Positions 20,223 to 30,472 of a stretch of 64,000 bases of DNA are shown here, one piece after another; the first letter of the stretch is position 1, and the number at the start of each line of letters is the position of its first letter. Below the pieces are notes generated by a model. It searched no databases, was not told where the DNA came from, and saw nothing but the letters and a program-made list of their open reading frames with translations. A program made the position numbers and the translations under genes. The DNA is from an uncultured Gammaproteobacteria bacterium (lineage in GTDB: Bacteria; Patescibacteriota; Microgenomatia; CAYQLK01), in the NCBI GenBank assembly GCA_964404855.1, contig CAYOLO010000001.1:443009-507008 (forward strand), written 5' to 3'.

Positions 20223-21056
20223 ATGCCTGTACTTCTAGACGAAGGCAAAGACAGGATCATTGTCGCGCTTGATACTCAAAAGGTCCCCGAAGTTTCCCGT
20301 TTGGTTCAACTGCTTGCGCCCCATGTGGGGATGTTCAAGGCAGGCTTCGAGTTGACCAACGCGGTTGGAACCGCAAGGGCTCTACGGGCGATCAAGGTAA
20401 ACGGCGGGAAGGATTTCGCGGATGTCAAATTCCACGATATTCCCCCAACCGTTCTCAAGGCTGTTCAGGCAGTGGCGGGCTTCGGTCCTCATTTTCTGAA
20501 CATGCATATTCAGTCAGGTGATGCGGCGATGCAGGGTGCGGTTGCTCAAAAGGGCAACAGCTTACTGCTTGGCGTGTCAATTCTGACCTCTCTCGACCCT
20601 CAAGAGGTTCTTGAGATGTTTGTCGAGCCGTTTATTGCAATGACAGGACACGACTACGAGTACGGTCAGGCCATGGCAACAGACAGCGAAGACGCGGAAC
20701 TCGCCAAGCACGCTGTAGAGTTGCGTACTGAGTACATGAACAGGTTGGTTTTGGGCCTTGCTGAGAAAGCAGCCCGAAACGGTCTCGACGGCCTCATCTG
20801 TTCACCGCTCGAGCTCAGGTATCTCAAAGAACACGGCTCGGAAGCAGTGCATAACCTTATCAAGGTTGTGCCTGGTATCCGCATGCCGAATTCAGACGCT
20901 GACGACCAACAAAGGGTGGGAACGCCCTACCAGACAATTATTGACGGGGCAGACTACCTTGTGGTCGGGAGACCGATTCTCACTGCAGCAGATCCCGTTG
21001 CAGCTGCTCAAGCGATTGCGGCAGAGATTGACCGCGCGCTTGACGACATGGACTGA
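20223..21056 (+). CDS. pyrF: Orotidine-5'-phosphate decarboxylase
   Basis: IIVALD, FKAG, DVKFHDIPPT, VPGIR, DQQR, VVGRPI. Confidence 0.95.
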   Translation: MPVLLDEGKDRIIVALDTQKVPEVSRLVQLLAPHVGMFKAGFELTNAVGTARALRAIKVNGGKDFADVKFHDIPPTVLKAVQAVAGFGPHFLNMHIQSGDAAMQGAVAQKGNSLLLGVSILTSLDPQEVLEMFVEPFIAMTGHDYEYGQAMATDSEDAELAKHAVELRTEYMNRLVLGLAEKAARNGLDGLICSPLELRYLKEHGSEAVHNLIKVVPGIRMPNSDADDQQRVGTPYQTIIDGADYLVVGRPILTAADPVAAAQAIAAEIDRALDDMD

Positions 21057-21084
21057 AACAAGGGAGGGCAAAGTAGGTACGACA

Positions 21085-21744
21085 ATGCCAAGCGAAGAGA
21101 GAGTTGTTCGCACGATTCTCGAAAAATCAGGTGGGCTAATGATTGGGGGACACTTCGTGTTGTCCGACCAAAAGCACACTGATCGATATGTCGAGAAGAC
21201 ACGATTTTTGCGCCGCGTCGACTATCTCCAGATTCTGGCAGATATGATTGCCAAGGCGTACAGCAAAAAGAACATCGAAGTCGTGATTGCTCCCGCGGTC
21301 GGAGGTATCGGACTGGCAGCAATTGTTGCTTTTAGGATGATGCAGGCTGGTTATGGAGCAGCGGCAGAAATCCAATGGGGGTACGCTGAGCCTGTTCGCG
21401 ATAAGGACGGCGAGCTTATCCTCTACGAACTAAAGCGCGGATTCGCGCAGATGGTCGAAGGCAAAAGAGTACTGGTGGTTGAAGATGTAATCACCACAGG
21501 CAGGTCTGCTGCTCTGGTGGTCAAGGCAGTTCGAGCCAACGACGGCAACGTCGTAGGTTTGAGTGCAATCATCAACCGTGGAAGAGTAACGTCGCTTGAC
21601 GTTGGTCATCCGGGGTATTTCAAGCCTCTTCTGACCATCGACCTTCCGGTTTTTGAGCCTCAAAATTGTGAACTCTGCAAGTTCAATATCCCTGTTAATC
21701 AGGAGTTTGGACACGGAAGAGAGTTCATGCTCGGCAGGATTTAA
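21085..21744 (+). CDS. pyrE: Orotate phosphoribosyltransferase
   Basis: GHFVLS, PRPP motif VLVVEDVITTG; start reassigned to ATG 21085 after GGGAGGG. Confidence 0.9.
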   Translation: MPSEERVVRTILEKSGGLMIGGHFVLSDQKHTDRYVEKTRFLRRVDYLQILADMIAKAYSKKNIEVVIAPAVGGIGLAAIVAFRMMQAGYGAAAEIQWGYAEPVRDKDGELILYELKRGFAQMVEGKRVLVVEDVITTGRSAALVVKAVRANDGNVVGLSAIINRGRVTSLDVGHPGYFKPLLTIDLPVFEPQNCELCKFNIPVNQEFGHGREFMLGRI

Positions 21745-21777
21745 GACCAAACAAGGTAAAAGGAGGAATTTACGAAA

Positions 21778-22062
21778 ATGGCTCAACCAAGCAGAAAAAT
21801 CGGACGAGCCACATGTGTGAGTTGCGGGTTTACTGACCTGCACTCCTTCTTTCAGCTACTACGTGGTGAGGACCCAAAATGTCCTGACTGCAAATCAACC
21901 AACGTGGCTGAAGGTGAGCCTGATCTTAGGTGTACTGGCTGTGGGCAAACTACTGTTCCGCGCAGACACCGACTGAACATGGCAGTTGCGCCTCTACGGT
22001 GCGTGGGTTGTGGATCGGATTCGTTTGAGGCTGTGCCAAAAGTGCCAGCGGGATACATTTAA
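21778..22062 (+). CDS. Small double zinc-ribbon protein
   Basis: Four CxxC motifs (CVSC, CPDC, CTGC, CVGC); AGGAGG SD. Confidence 0.8.
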   Translation: MAQPSRKIGRATCVSCGFTDLHSFFQLLRGEDPKCPDCKSTNVAEGEPDLRCTGCGQTTVPRRHRLNMAVAPLRCVGCGSDSFEAVPKVPAGYI

Positions 22063-22102
22063 GCTCTTGGACAAAACTGAGGGCTTAAGAATAGTCAGGT
22101 AA

Positions 22103-22156
22103 CGGAGAGCGCCTGAAAAAATCGGTTGTCAAAAACCGAAAAGCTCTCCATTTTTT
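22103..22156 (+). terminator. Branched terminator-like structure closing the pyrFE islet
   Basis: GGAGAGC/GCTCTCC stem enclosing a TCGGTT/AACCGA hairpin, followed by a T tract. Confidence 0.55.
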
Positions 22157-22204
22157 ATACCTAAAATTTGTAAATAGAGTCTATATTTGTTATTTTTGTC
22201 GCTT

Positions 22205-22768
22205 ATGGTCAAACCAGTCACAGAATTAAAAAAAGGAATTGTTTTCAGGGAAGACGGCGAATTGTGGATCGTTGAGAATTACGAACACATTAAAGTTGCC
22301 AGAGGATCGGGGACAATTAAAGTTAAAGCACAAAGTATGAGGTCTGAAGCGATTACAGAAAAATCCTTTATGACTGGAGCTAGGGTTGATATTGTTGATG
22401 TTTTCAAGAAAAAAGCCACTTATCTGTACAGAGAAGCTAATAAGTATTTTTTTATGGATACGGAAAATTTTGAGAACTACGAGATTGACGGTCAAATGAT
22501 TAGTAGTGCGAAGTTCCTAAAAGATGGAATGGAAGTACGAGTGTTAATTGATGATAGGAATGAAATCGTTGGGTTGGAATTGCCAAAAAATGAGATTTAT
22601 AAAATAACCGAAACCGCAGTTGGTGTTAAAGGAAATACGGTTTCAAACACCAACAAAAAGGCAATTCTGGAAAATGGAGTCGAAGTTAGTGTGCCTTTAT
22701 TCGTGAACACTGGGGACGTTGTAAAAATTGACACACGAACTGGTGGATATCTTGAGCGTGTAAAATAG
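22205..22768 (+). CDS. efp: Elongation factor P
   Basis: HIKVARGSG tip loop, FMDTENFE, VKGNT, VPLFVNTGD, DTRTGGY. Confidence 0.93.
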   Translation: MVKPVTELKKGIVFREDGELWIVENYEHIKVARGSGTIKVKAQSMRSEAITEKSFMTGARVDIVDVFKKKATYLYREANKYFFMDTENFENYEIDGQMISSAKFLKDGMEVRVLIDDRNEIVGLELPKNEIYKITETAVGVKGNTVSNTNKKAILENGVEVSVPLFVNTGDVVKIDTRTGGYLERVK

Positions 22769-22793
22769 CTTTGCGTTAAAATTAAGATTAATT

Positions 22794-23759
22794 ATGTATC
22801 CGATTTTTTATTCATTTGGAGATTTTTCTGTTTACACATGGGGAGTAATGCTGGCGATTGCGGTATTGGGAGGGGTGTTTATTTTTTGGAAATCAGCAAT
22901 TAAAGATGATTATGACCCAGAAGAAGCAATAGATATTGCTGTTGCAAGTTTGGTGGGAGGAATTTTTGGGGCAAGACTGGTTTGGATTTTGATGAACTTT
23001 GGCGATTTCGGGACGAATTTTATTAAGTGGATTTTGATTAATAGATTTTCTGGGTTGGATTTTTGGGGAGGTATTTTTGGAGCTGTTATTTTGGGAGGAT
23101 TTGTTGCCAGACGAAAAAAGTGGAAACTACTTAGAACATTGGATTTTGCTGCAGTTCCATTATATTTTGGTGCAATTTGGGTTTGGATAGGACATTTCTT
23201 TAATGGTTCGGCTTATGGTAATACGACTGATTGGACGATTGGTGTTTTGGCTCCTGGATTGGTAGGCAAGCGACACCCTGTTCAGCTATACGCAGTAGTT
23301 TTGTTTATTCTTTGTTACTTTTTTTATAAAGCCTTTGCCAAAAAAAGACGGTTTGCAGGTGCGAAAATCTTATTTAGTTTGGTGTCGGTTGCGGTGGTGA
23401 TTTTTGTAACTGATTACTTTAGGGCCGAGAGGAGCTTGAGTTTAAAGCTTATTAGTTTTACACAGCTTGAAGCGTTGGGGTCGATCTTGATTTTGGTAGT
23501 TTGGGGATATTGGGTTTCGGGTAGGAATGTTTTATCGGATTTTAAAAGTATTTTGAAATTTTTTAGAGGCATAATTGTCGGAACAGGCAATTTTTTCTTA
23601 TCGACTAGATATCGTAAGAAAATTTCGAAGAAGTTTTTTAGGTCTCCAGCAAAAATTGGCCAAAAAGCCATGAATAATAGTTTTGAATTGAAAAGCAGAA
23701 TTGTTTGGAAACTCACACACTTAAGAAGTACAAAAAAATATCGAAGTAAGAAAAAGTGA
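22794..23759 (+). CDS. lgt: Prolipoprotein diacylglyceryl transferase
   Basis: MYPI, GARL, FNGSAYG, RHPVQLY; adjacent to lspA. Confidence 0.85.
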   Translation: MYPIFYSFGDFSVYTWGVMLAIAVLGGVFIFWKSAIKDDYDPEEAIDIAVASLVGGIFGARLVWILMNFGDFGTNFIKWILINRFSGLDFWGGIFGAVILGGFVARRKKWKLLRTLDFAAVPLYFGAIWVWIGHFFNGSAYGNTTDWTIGVLAPGLVGKRHPVQLYAVVLFILCYFFYKAFAKKRRFAGAKILFSLVSVAVVIFVTDYFRAERSLSLKLISFTQLEALGSILILVVWGYWVSGRNVLSDFKSILKFFRGIIVGTGNFFLSTRYRKKISKKFFRSPAKIGQKAMNNSFELKSRIVWKLTHLRSTKKYRSKKK

Positions 23760-24214
23760 AAAACTTTAAGTTTTTCGGAAAAGAATTTTGGTTAACGGTT
23801 TTTTTGGTAATTGGAATTGTTTTGGTGGACCGGATAAGCAAGGAGATAGTGTGGAATGAATTACGGGAACAGATTGTTTGGAATAATGGAATTAGTCTAG
23901 GTTTTTTGGCAACTAATGACTTATCGAGCAAGATAGTATTACAGATAGTTATTTGTTTAGCAGTGTTTGGGTTTTTGTATTGGTTGGTTTCGGAGTTTAA
24001 GAAAAAAGATAAAAATTACTTTGTAATATTGCCACTGGGAATGGTTGTCGCTGGTGGAGTGAGTAATTTAATTGATCGGATGCTTTGGGGAAGTGTGATG
24101 GATTTTATACCATTTTTTGATTTGTGGACGTTTAATATTGCGGATTTTTCGATTAGTGTCGGGGTGATTTTGCTACTCGTAAATAAATTAATTTATGATT
24201 TCTGGAGACGTTAA
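23756..24214 (+). CDS. lspA: Lipoprotein signal peptidase II
   Basis: NNGISLG, SNLIDR, VMDF, FNIAD. Confidence 0.9.
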   Translation: MKNFKFFGKEFWLTVFLVIGIVLVDRISKEIVWNELREQIVWNNGISLGFLATNDLSSKIVLQIVICLAVFGFLYWLVSEFKKKDKNYFVILPLGMVVAGGVSNLIDRMLWGSVMDFIPFFDLWTFNIADFSISVGVILLLVNKLIYDFWRR

Positions 24215-24965
24215 AGTTTTACATGAGGACGAGGAGTTGCTGGTTATAGAGAAGCCATTTGGTTTGGTGGTAAACCGTGCGGATTCCACAAAAACCAAAA
24301 CTCTGCAAGAAATTTTGGAAGAGTATTTTGAATACGAAGAATTTAGTGGACCAGGTAAACGAGCTGGAATTGTTCATAGGTTAGATAAAGATACGAGCGG
24401 GGTGATGCTAGTGGCAAAGTCTGAAAAGTCGATGGCAAATTTACAGTTACAGTTTAAAAATCGAGAAGTAACAAAGACATATACGGCTCTAACGCATGGT
24501 TTTACAAAGCCAGAATTTAAAGTATTACTTAGTTTGGCTAGATCGAAAGCGAATCGGCTGAGATATTCAACTAATAATGATGGCAGAGAAGCAGAAACTG
24601 GTTTTGTAACCAAAGCGTATTATCAAGTGAGCCCTGTTGAGTCGCTGACTATTAAAAAAAGATTGTCCAAGGATTTTTGGACAAGTTACGATAGATTTAG
24701 TTTAGTTGAAGCATATCCTAAGACTGGTCGTACACATCAGATACGAGTGCATTTGCATAGTGTTTTTGCACCAATTGTGAGTGATGAAATTTATGGTGGT
24801 AGAAAGTGGCTAAGGGTAGACCGCCTTTGGGCGCAGAGAATGTTCTTGCATGCCTCAAAAATTAGTTTTAAACATCCCAAGTCCGGTAAGGTGGTGGAAT
24901 TTAAGTCCGAACTGCCTAGTGAATTGAAAGGGATTTTGGAGAAATTAGTTAAGGTTGAAGTTTGA
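24195..24965 (+). CDS. RluA/RluD family pseudouridine synthase
   Basis: KPFGL, VHRLDKDTSG, TGRTHQIRVH, LHA. Confidence 0.93.
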   Translation: MISGDVKVLHEDEELLVIEKPFGLVVNRADSTKTKTLQEILEEYFEYEEFSGPGKRAGIVHRLDKDTSGVMLVAKSEKSMANLQLQFKNREVTKTYTALTHGFTKPEFKVLLSLARSKANRLRYSTNNDGREAETGFVTKAYYQVSPVESLTIKKRLSKDFWTSYDRFSLVEAYPKTGRTHQIRVHLHSVFAPIVSDEIYGGRKWLRVDRLWAQRMFLHASKISFKHPKSGKVVEFKSELPSELKGILEKLVKVEV

Positions 24966-25033
24966 TTTCCTAGAAACTAATAATAGAAAGAGGGTCTGCA
25001 AATAATATTTTTTGTATTTGCGGAAATTTTTAT

Positions 25034-26098
25034 ATGCAAAAACTTGGCAAGGTCAAAATAAAGAAAACATCAGAGCTGACTAAAAAAAGAAAGAGGAATC
25101 GCACGATTTTTTTTGTGGTACTGGTTTTATTTACACTAGCTTTAGTAAATGGAATTTTTAAGTTTGTTAAGTTAAGCGACTATGTATCAAGACCAATAGA
25201 TGGAACAGACAAAAAGGTCTCAGGACGGTCTTGGAGCGCAGATAGGATTATTACAGTGGCCATTGACTCAAATCCAGTAGTTATGGCGGTTTTTGACCCT
25301 TCTACGGGCAAGGTTGGGGTGATTTCTATGCCAAGAGATACGTACAGTGTCGTACCTTCGGATCTTGGATTATATCCAGTTTATTCAATTAGGGAGTTAG
25401 GGGAACTAAAAGGTGTGCCAAGTGGTGAATTGTTTGAAAATACTTTGTCTAACTTTATAAATGCGCCAGTGGAGAGATATTTGTTTTTTTCAGAGAAAGA
25501 AGTTGTTTTGGGACAAGCTAAGCACGAAATTATTGGAAAAATAAGAAATGCTTTTTCGATACAAAATTTAATTACGGCACCATTTAAGGTGAACAAAAAA
25601 GAATTGATTACAAATCTTAGCTGGTCTGAATCACTTAAGTTGTGGTGGTTTGCAAGAGGGGTGCGAAGTGATAGGTTCGAGTATTATGATCTTAGCCAAA
25701 ATGGGGTTATTTCAGAAATTATTTTAGCCGATGGTACTCAGGCATATGGAGCTGATGAGGTGGGAGTTGCGGATTTTACAAGGAAAGTTTTTACAGAAGA
25801 CAAAATATTGAAGGAGAAGTTAAAGATAGAGATTTTAAACGGAACTGATTCGCCAGGCAGGGGCAACAAAATTGCAAATATTTTGGACAATATTGGTTGT
25901 GATGTGGTTCGAGTAGGTAATTACACTGGTGAAAGACTTGAGAAAACGACAATTAATTTGAGTAAAGATAGTGAGAGCAGTTTGACGATTGAAAGGTTGG
26001 AGGAAATATTGGATGCAAAAGGGGTGAGTAGCGATTTCGCAGGTCGTGATGTTGACATCACGATTGTTCTAGGTCAAGATATTCTGAAAAGATTTTAG
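25034..26098 (+). CDS. LCP-like protein with LytR C-terminal domain
   Basis: N-terminal TM helix, ISMPRDT, EILNGT...G, DITIVLGQD. Confidence 0.8.
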   Translation: MQKLGKVKIKKTSELTKKRKRNRTIFFVVLVLFTLALVNGIFKFVKLSDYVSRPIDGTDKKVSGRSWSADRIITVAIDSNPVVMAVFDPSTGKVGVISMPRDTYSVVPSDLGLYPVYSIRELGELKGVPSGELFENTLSNFINAPVERYLFFSEKEVVLGQAKHEIIGKIRNAFSIQNLITAPFKVNKKELITNLSWSESLKLWWFARGVRSDRFEYYDLSQNGVISEIILADGTQAYGADEVGVADFTRKVFTEDKILKEKLKIEILNGTDSPGRGNKIANILDNIGCDVVRVGNYTGERLEKTTINLSKDSESSLTIERLEEILDAKGVSSDFAGRDVDITIVLGQDILKRF

Positions 26099-26111
26099 CT
26101 TTAATATACAT

Positions 26112-26528
26112 ATGATGTTTAGTGTTTGGATAGTTGCAGCAGTTTCAGTTTTTGTTATCTCGCTAATTGTGGCGATTGTAAGTGTTGAAAAGGAAAAGAA
26201 AGACGAACCAGAAACCGAGGATTTGCCTGATCGTGGAGATGCGACATTGCTCTCAAGGTCTATCGAGTCGCCAGTTTTAGGCCACGGTCAGGTGCGCGAG
26301 CAGGTAGCACCGCAAAACAATGTGGAAATGTTAGATGATACGAAACACACTCATAACGAAATAACCTCAGATAAATTGGTGAACGAACAATTATTGCCAG
26401 AAATTCAAAAGTTTGAAAATTTGGAAAAAGCTGATGAAGATGTCGATGAAATAATTCCTAGATATATAGAAGAAGAGATGAACGATAAGGAACAGTCAAG
26501 GAAGCTGGCTGGCGAAGTAGATCTTTAG
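26112..26528 (+). CDS. Hypothetical membrane-anchored acidic protein
   Basis: N-terminal hydrophobic helix, ATG ORF. Confidence 0.65.
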   Translation: MMFSVWIVAAVSVFVISLIVAIVSVEKEKKDEPETEDLPDRGDATLLSRSIESPVLGHGQVREQVAPQNNVEMLDDTKHTHNEITSDKLVNEQLLPEIQKFENLEKADEDVDEIIPRYIEEEMNDKEQSRKLAGEVDL

Positions 26529-26535
26529 ATATTTT

Positions 26536-27171
26536 TTACGCGGTAAAAGATGGGAGATTGGCCAACGATTTGGCGCGGGTTATTTCGAATAAGATAACCT
26601 GAACTTCTTTTTGGGTAACAGATTTGATACAGCATTCAAAAGTATTTCCAGCCGTAATGAGTTTAAGAAGTTTGAACGATAGATCATCAGGCAAGTTACC
26701 AACGTGTTTGTTGTCATAGGTGCAGAGTTCAATTGAGTGTTTTTTTGGGGAAATTTTGAGCTTGTCACCAGAAGCTAGTTTTGAAAGTAAATTCTGGTCA
26801 CCGATTTTGACTAAAGTAACAACCTTGGTTTTGCCTGGTTCTGAGGCTAATTTTTGAAATAATTCGCGAAAATTTTGCTTGTCTCCTTCAAGTGTTGGTG
26901 TTTTTTGGTCAGAGGATAATCGGTTGAGACGAGTAAGGTTCTTTTTGGCAATGACATTGAAACCATCAAGATCGGTAACTGATTTGTATGTTTGGCGAGA
27001 TTTGGTAATATTGCCGGTTTCAAAATATGCTCTAGCTAGCCTGTTAAGAGTTTCGATGTGATTAGGATTATTTTTTAGGATTTTCTTGTTTATCTCAATT
27101 GCCAGCTCCCAGTTATAGTCGAGTGCGGCTGAGACGGCTTGTCCTTCAAGCGTTTTATCCTCGTTAGTCAT
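26536..27171 (-). CDS. TPR-repeat protein
   Basis: AIEINKKIL...LNRLARAY TPR pattern. Confidence 0.8.
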   Translation of the reverse strand: MTNEDKTLEGQAVSAALDYNWELAIEINKKILKNNPNHIETLNRLARAYFETGNITKSRQTYKSVTDLDGFNVIAKKNLTRLNRLSSDQKTPTLEGDKQNFRELFQKLASEPGKTKVVTLVKIGDQNLLSKLASGDKLKISPKKHSIELCTYDNKHVGNLPDDLSFKLLKLITAGNTFECCIKSVTQKEVQVILFEITRAKSLANLPSFTA

Positions 27172-27305
27172 TAAGAGATAGAGTATATTGAATAAAAAAT
27201 AAATGTCAATTTTTTTGAGAAACTAGCTACGAGGTTTAACTTTGACAAAAATATAATAATGAACTTTAATTTAGCACTATCTAAACAAAAAACTTATAAA
27301 TAAAA

Positions 27306-28058
27306 ATGTCCGGACACAGTAAATGGTCAACAATTAAAAGGCAAAAGGGGGCAAACGACGCCAAAAGAGGTGCGGTTTTTACCCGACTTGCTAATGCAAT
27401 TATGATTGCCGTTAAGGAAGGTGGTGGGGGAGATCCGGAATCAAATTTTCGTCTTAGGCTGGTACTTGACCAAGCAAGAGCGGCCAACTTGCCCAAGGAT
27501 AATATCTCAAGAGCTATTGATAAAGCTTTAGGTAAGGGTGGTGGACCAGCCTTGGAAAGTATAATTTATGAAGGATATGCACCCAATGCGGTAGCTATTT
27601 TAGTTGAAACAATTACCGATAATCGCAATCGAACTGCTGGTGAGGTAAAAAGTACGATTGAAAAAGCGGGAGGAAGTTTAGGTGGCCCTGGAACTACACT
27701 GTGGATGTTTGAGAAGAAGGGTGTAATTGAGGTTCAAACAGACGGTGAAGATGTTGATGAGTTTTTTTTGAAGGTGGCAGATTTTGGGGCTGACGATGTT
27801 GTTGTAATCGACAAGAACTCTGTTCAAGTTATAACCAAACAGACTGATTTGAAAAAGGTTGAAGACCAGCTAAGGGAGGATGGTTATAATGTTATTTCAG
27901 CTGATTTTGATTACGTTGCTAAGAACTCAACTCATATAGAAGATGCTGACAAGATAAAATCAGTTTTGGGTTTGATTGAAAAACTTGAGGATTTGGGAGA
28001 TGTGGTTAAAGTAAGTTCAAATTTGGACGTACCCGATTCGTTTTACGAATCTTTGTAA
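27306..28058 (+). CDS. yebC: YebC/PmpR family protein
   Basis: MSGHSKWSTIKRQKG, YEGY, TDNRNRT; upstream of ruvC. Confidence 0.96.
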   Translation: MSGHSKWSTIKRQKGANDAKRGAVFTRLANAIMIAVKEGGGGDPESNFRLRLVLDQARAANLPKDNISRAIDKALGKGGGPALESIIYEGYAPNAVAILVETITDNRNRTAGEVKSTIEKAGGSLGGPGTTLWMFEKKGVIEVQTDGEDVDEFFLKVADFGADDVVVIDKNSVQVITKQTDLKKVEDQLREDGYNVISADFDYVAKNSTHIEDADKIKSVLGLIEKLEDLGDVVKVSSNLDVPDSFYESL

Positions 28059-28077
28059 AAGGTAAGAAAAAATTTTA

Positions 28078-28623
28078 ATGCAAGATTTAATTATTGGGAT
28101 TGACCCTGGAACAGCAACAACAGGTTTTGGTGTATTGGATGTGACTTCGGGGCTGCCAAGATTAATCGAGTATGGATGTATATCTACGCCGAAAAATCTA
28201 CAGATGCCGGACAGGTTGTTAATGCTATCGATGGGATTGGATGATCTTTTTGGAAAATATATGCCCCAAGCGGTGGTTATCGAAAATTTGTTTTTTGGGG
28301 TCAATGCCAAAACAGCAATTACAGTTGGTCAGGGCAGGGGGGTGGTTTTGGTAACTGCGGCTAAATATGGCTTGCCGTGTTTTGAATATCAAGGTTTATC
28401 AATCAAAAAAGAAATTACAGGTAGTGGTAAGGCGGACAAAATAATGATTCAGGACGCGGTGGCAAAAATTCTTAATGTTAAAGCTTGGGAAAAACCAGTT
28501 CAAGGTTATTTGGATGATGCTGTTGATGCTCTGGCGATTGGGTTATTCCATTACCGTCAAATTAATCCAAATGATGAAGGTTTGGAAGTGAAAAAAGAAA
28601 AAAAGCCAAAGAAAAAGAAATGA
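28078..28623 (+). CDS. ruvC: Holliday junction resolvase RuvC
   Basis: IGIDPG, IENLFF, GSGKADK, DAVDALAI. Confidence 0.95.
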   Translation: MQDLIIGIDPGTATTGFGVLDVTSGLPRLIEYGCISTPKNLQMPDRLLMLSMGLDDLFGKYMPQAVVIENLFFGVNAKTAITVGQGRGVVLVTAAKYGLPCFEYQGLSIKKEITGSGKADKIMIQDAVAKILNVKAWEKPVQGYLDDAVDALAIGLFHYRQINPNDEGLEVKKEKKPKKKK

Positions 28624-29477
28624 GACTTTTTAAGCGAAAATCTACTAAAATCAAAAATCCAATGGCGGTTAGGACCAGTAAGGTGGGGGTTGCGGAAAAA
28701 CTTGTGATTTCAAAAAGACAGATTTTGGTCTTTTTTTCAATCTTAATGACCGGCGGTTTGACTGTGTCTTTATTGTCCGAAGGTAGAAGTTTGTATTTGC
28801 TTTCACTGCTTTTGGCTATTGCAGCAGGGCTTGTGACTGTTTGGGTTTTAAGAAAAGATTTGGCGGGTATTAAGTATTTTGTATTGCCGATTTTGCCTTT
28901 TTTCTTTACTTTTGCAATGGCGTTATTTTTTCAACTACTGCCGGAGAGGTGGTTAACGCGTTTACCATTTATGGCCGTGTATGGGGTTTCGATTTATTTA
29001 ATATTTCTTAATCAGAATGTTTACAATATTGCAGCAATTAGAACAATTGCACTACTTAGGGCAGCACACTCTGTGGGCTTACTGTTTACGCTTATATCGG
29101 TTTTTATTATCAGTAATGTCACATTCTCTCTTAGGTTTAATTTTGTGATTCTGACAGTGATTCTGACGGTTATTTGTGGGCTGATGATTTTTCAGACTCT
29201 TTGGTCTTTTGAATTGGAGGATTTGTTAACCAAAAGATTACTTAAGATGACTTTGGTACTTGGGTTAATAGTTGGACAGGTAGTACTAACTCTTTCTTTT
29301 TGGCCAGCGGAGCCGACTGTCTCTGCGATTGTGGTGACTACCGCTGTTTATGTTTTATTAGGACTAAGTCAAGCATATTATGCTGACAGGTTGTTTAGGA
29401 GAACGGCGATTGAATATATTTCGCTTGGTGTGGGAGTATTTTTGTTATTGTTTTTGACGACAAGTTGGATAGAATAG
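28620..29477 (+). CDS. Multi-pass membrane protein of unknown function
   Basis: About 9 TM helices; NIAAIRTIALLRAA. Confidence 0.8.
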   Translation: MRLFKRKSTKIKNPMAVRTSKVGVAEKLVISKRQILVFFSILMTGGLTVSLLSEGRSLYLLSLLLAIAAGLVTVWVLRKDLAGIKYFVLPILPFFFTFAMALFFQLLPERWLTRLPFMAVYGVSIYLIFLNQNVYNIAAIRTIALLRAAHSVGLLFTLISVFIISNVTFSLRFNFVILTVILTVICGLMIFQTLWSFELEDLLTKRLLKMTLVLGLIVGQVVLTLSFWPAEPTVSAIVVTTAVYVLLGLSQAYYADRLFRRTAIEYISLGVGVFLLLFLTTSWIE

Positions 29478-29771
29478 GGGACAAAATTTAGCTACGAATT
29501 GAAGCTATAATACGGTATCAGTTATTACCCACTAATTAAACCTATAGTATATTAAGTAATAATCAATAAAAAAGGAAAGAAAGATTAGTAAATTATTTAA
29601 TAAATATGGTAACAAAAGCCAAAAGATAAAAGTAAATAGAGGAGTAATTAAAAAAGAGAAATTAGCTTCGAGAATAGAGAAATGTGATATAGTTTGATAC
29701 AGTGTGAAAACTCGTGAAAATCGTCGTGAAAACTTAATACCAGTCAAGGGCGGGGAGTGATAGTCATAAAA

Positions 29772-29780
29772 TGTGGATAA
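29772..29780 (-). promoter_or_regulatory. Single consensus DnaA box TTATCCACA
   Basis: TGTGGATAA on the + strand in an AT-rich intergenic region; may be chance. Confidence 0.3.
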
Positions 29781-30085
29781 CTTAGTTTTAGTCTCATCTT
29801 TTGAGTAGCGTTAGCTAATAAGTTAGTAATGCGCACCACTCTTTTAGCTTTGAATATTTGAGAATAGCTTATTGTAATAGTCTAAATTGCGACGTTAATA
29901 CTTCATATTATATTCAGTAATATTTCATATTATAGGGTCGTTTTGGGCATAAATAGAGTGAGCGTTTTTGGGGCGGTGTAGGGCTAAATTTAGTGATCAC
30001 TTAGTAAGTGAATAGCACAAATATAGTTAACTAAATACCTAAGATAATCAGTACACCCCACTAAGGTCTAGAGCAGAAAAATGAT

Positions 30086-30113
30086 ATGTCGTACAATATA
30101 ACTTTTGCGACGT
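30086..30113. other. dif-like tyrosine-recombinase site (11-6-11 inverted repeat)
   Basis: ATGTCGTACAA-TATAAC-TTTTGCGACGT; the arm recurs at 30788-30798 and 29885-29895, near the xer gene. Confidence 0.65.
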
Positions 30114-30472
30114 AAAATATAAAAATGGAGTGGGGTTGTAAGGACAAAAAATATAAGAATTAGTAAATTATTAAAAAATATTTTTTTAAAAATAATGATC
30201 TAGTTTGATTTAACCCCCTATGGATGGGTCTAATTATTTGATTGATTTGATATGGTTTGTTATCTTAACCCCATTTTGGTGAATTTTTGCGGTATATATG
30301 CGGTTATCGGCTATAAATATTAAATATTAATGATAGATTACCCTACCCAACTAATAAAAAGCCGTTTTAGGGCCAATTAGAGGGTTTTAGCCTCAATATA
30401 TCGATATTTTATGGCTAAAGTGGTATAAGTGACATTTAGATTAAGTGAACATTAAATATTTGGAGGCAGTTC

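Noticed and set aside
20758-21084. N-terminal extension of PyrE overlapping pyrF
   Set aside because: PyrE similarity and an SD-led ATG begin at 21085
19956-22156. tRNA-anchored integrative element
   Set aside because: No integrase and no repeat of the tRNA 3' end found
29478-30440. oriC
   Set aside because: Only one consensus DnaA box, no dnaA/dnaN nearby, no visible skew inversion
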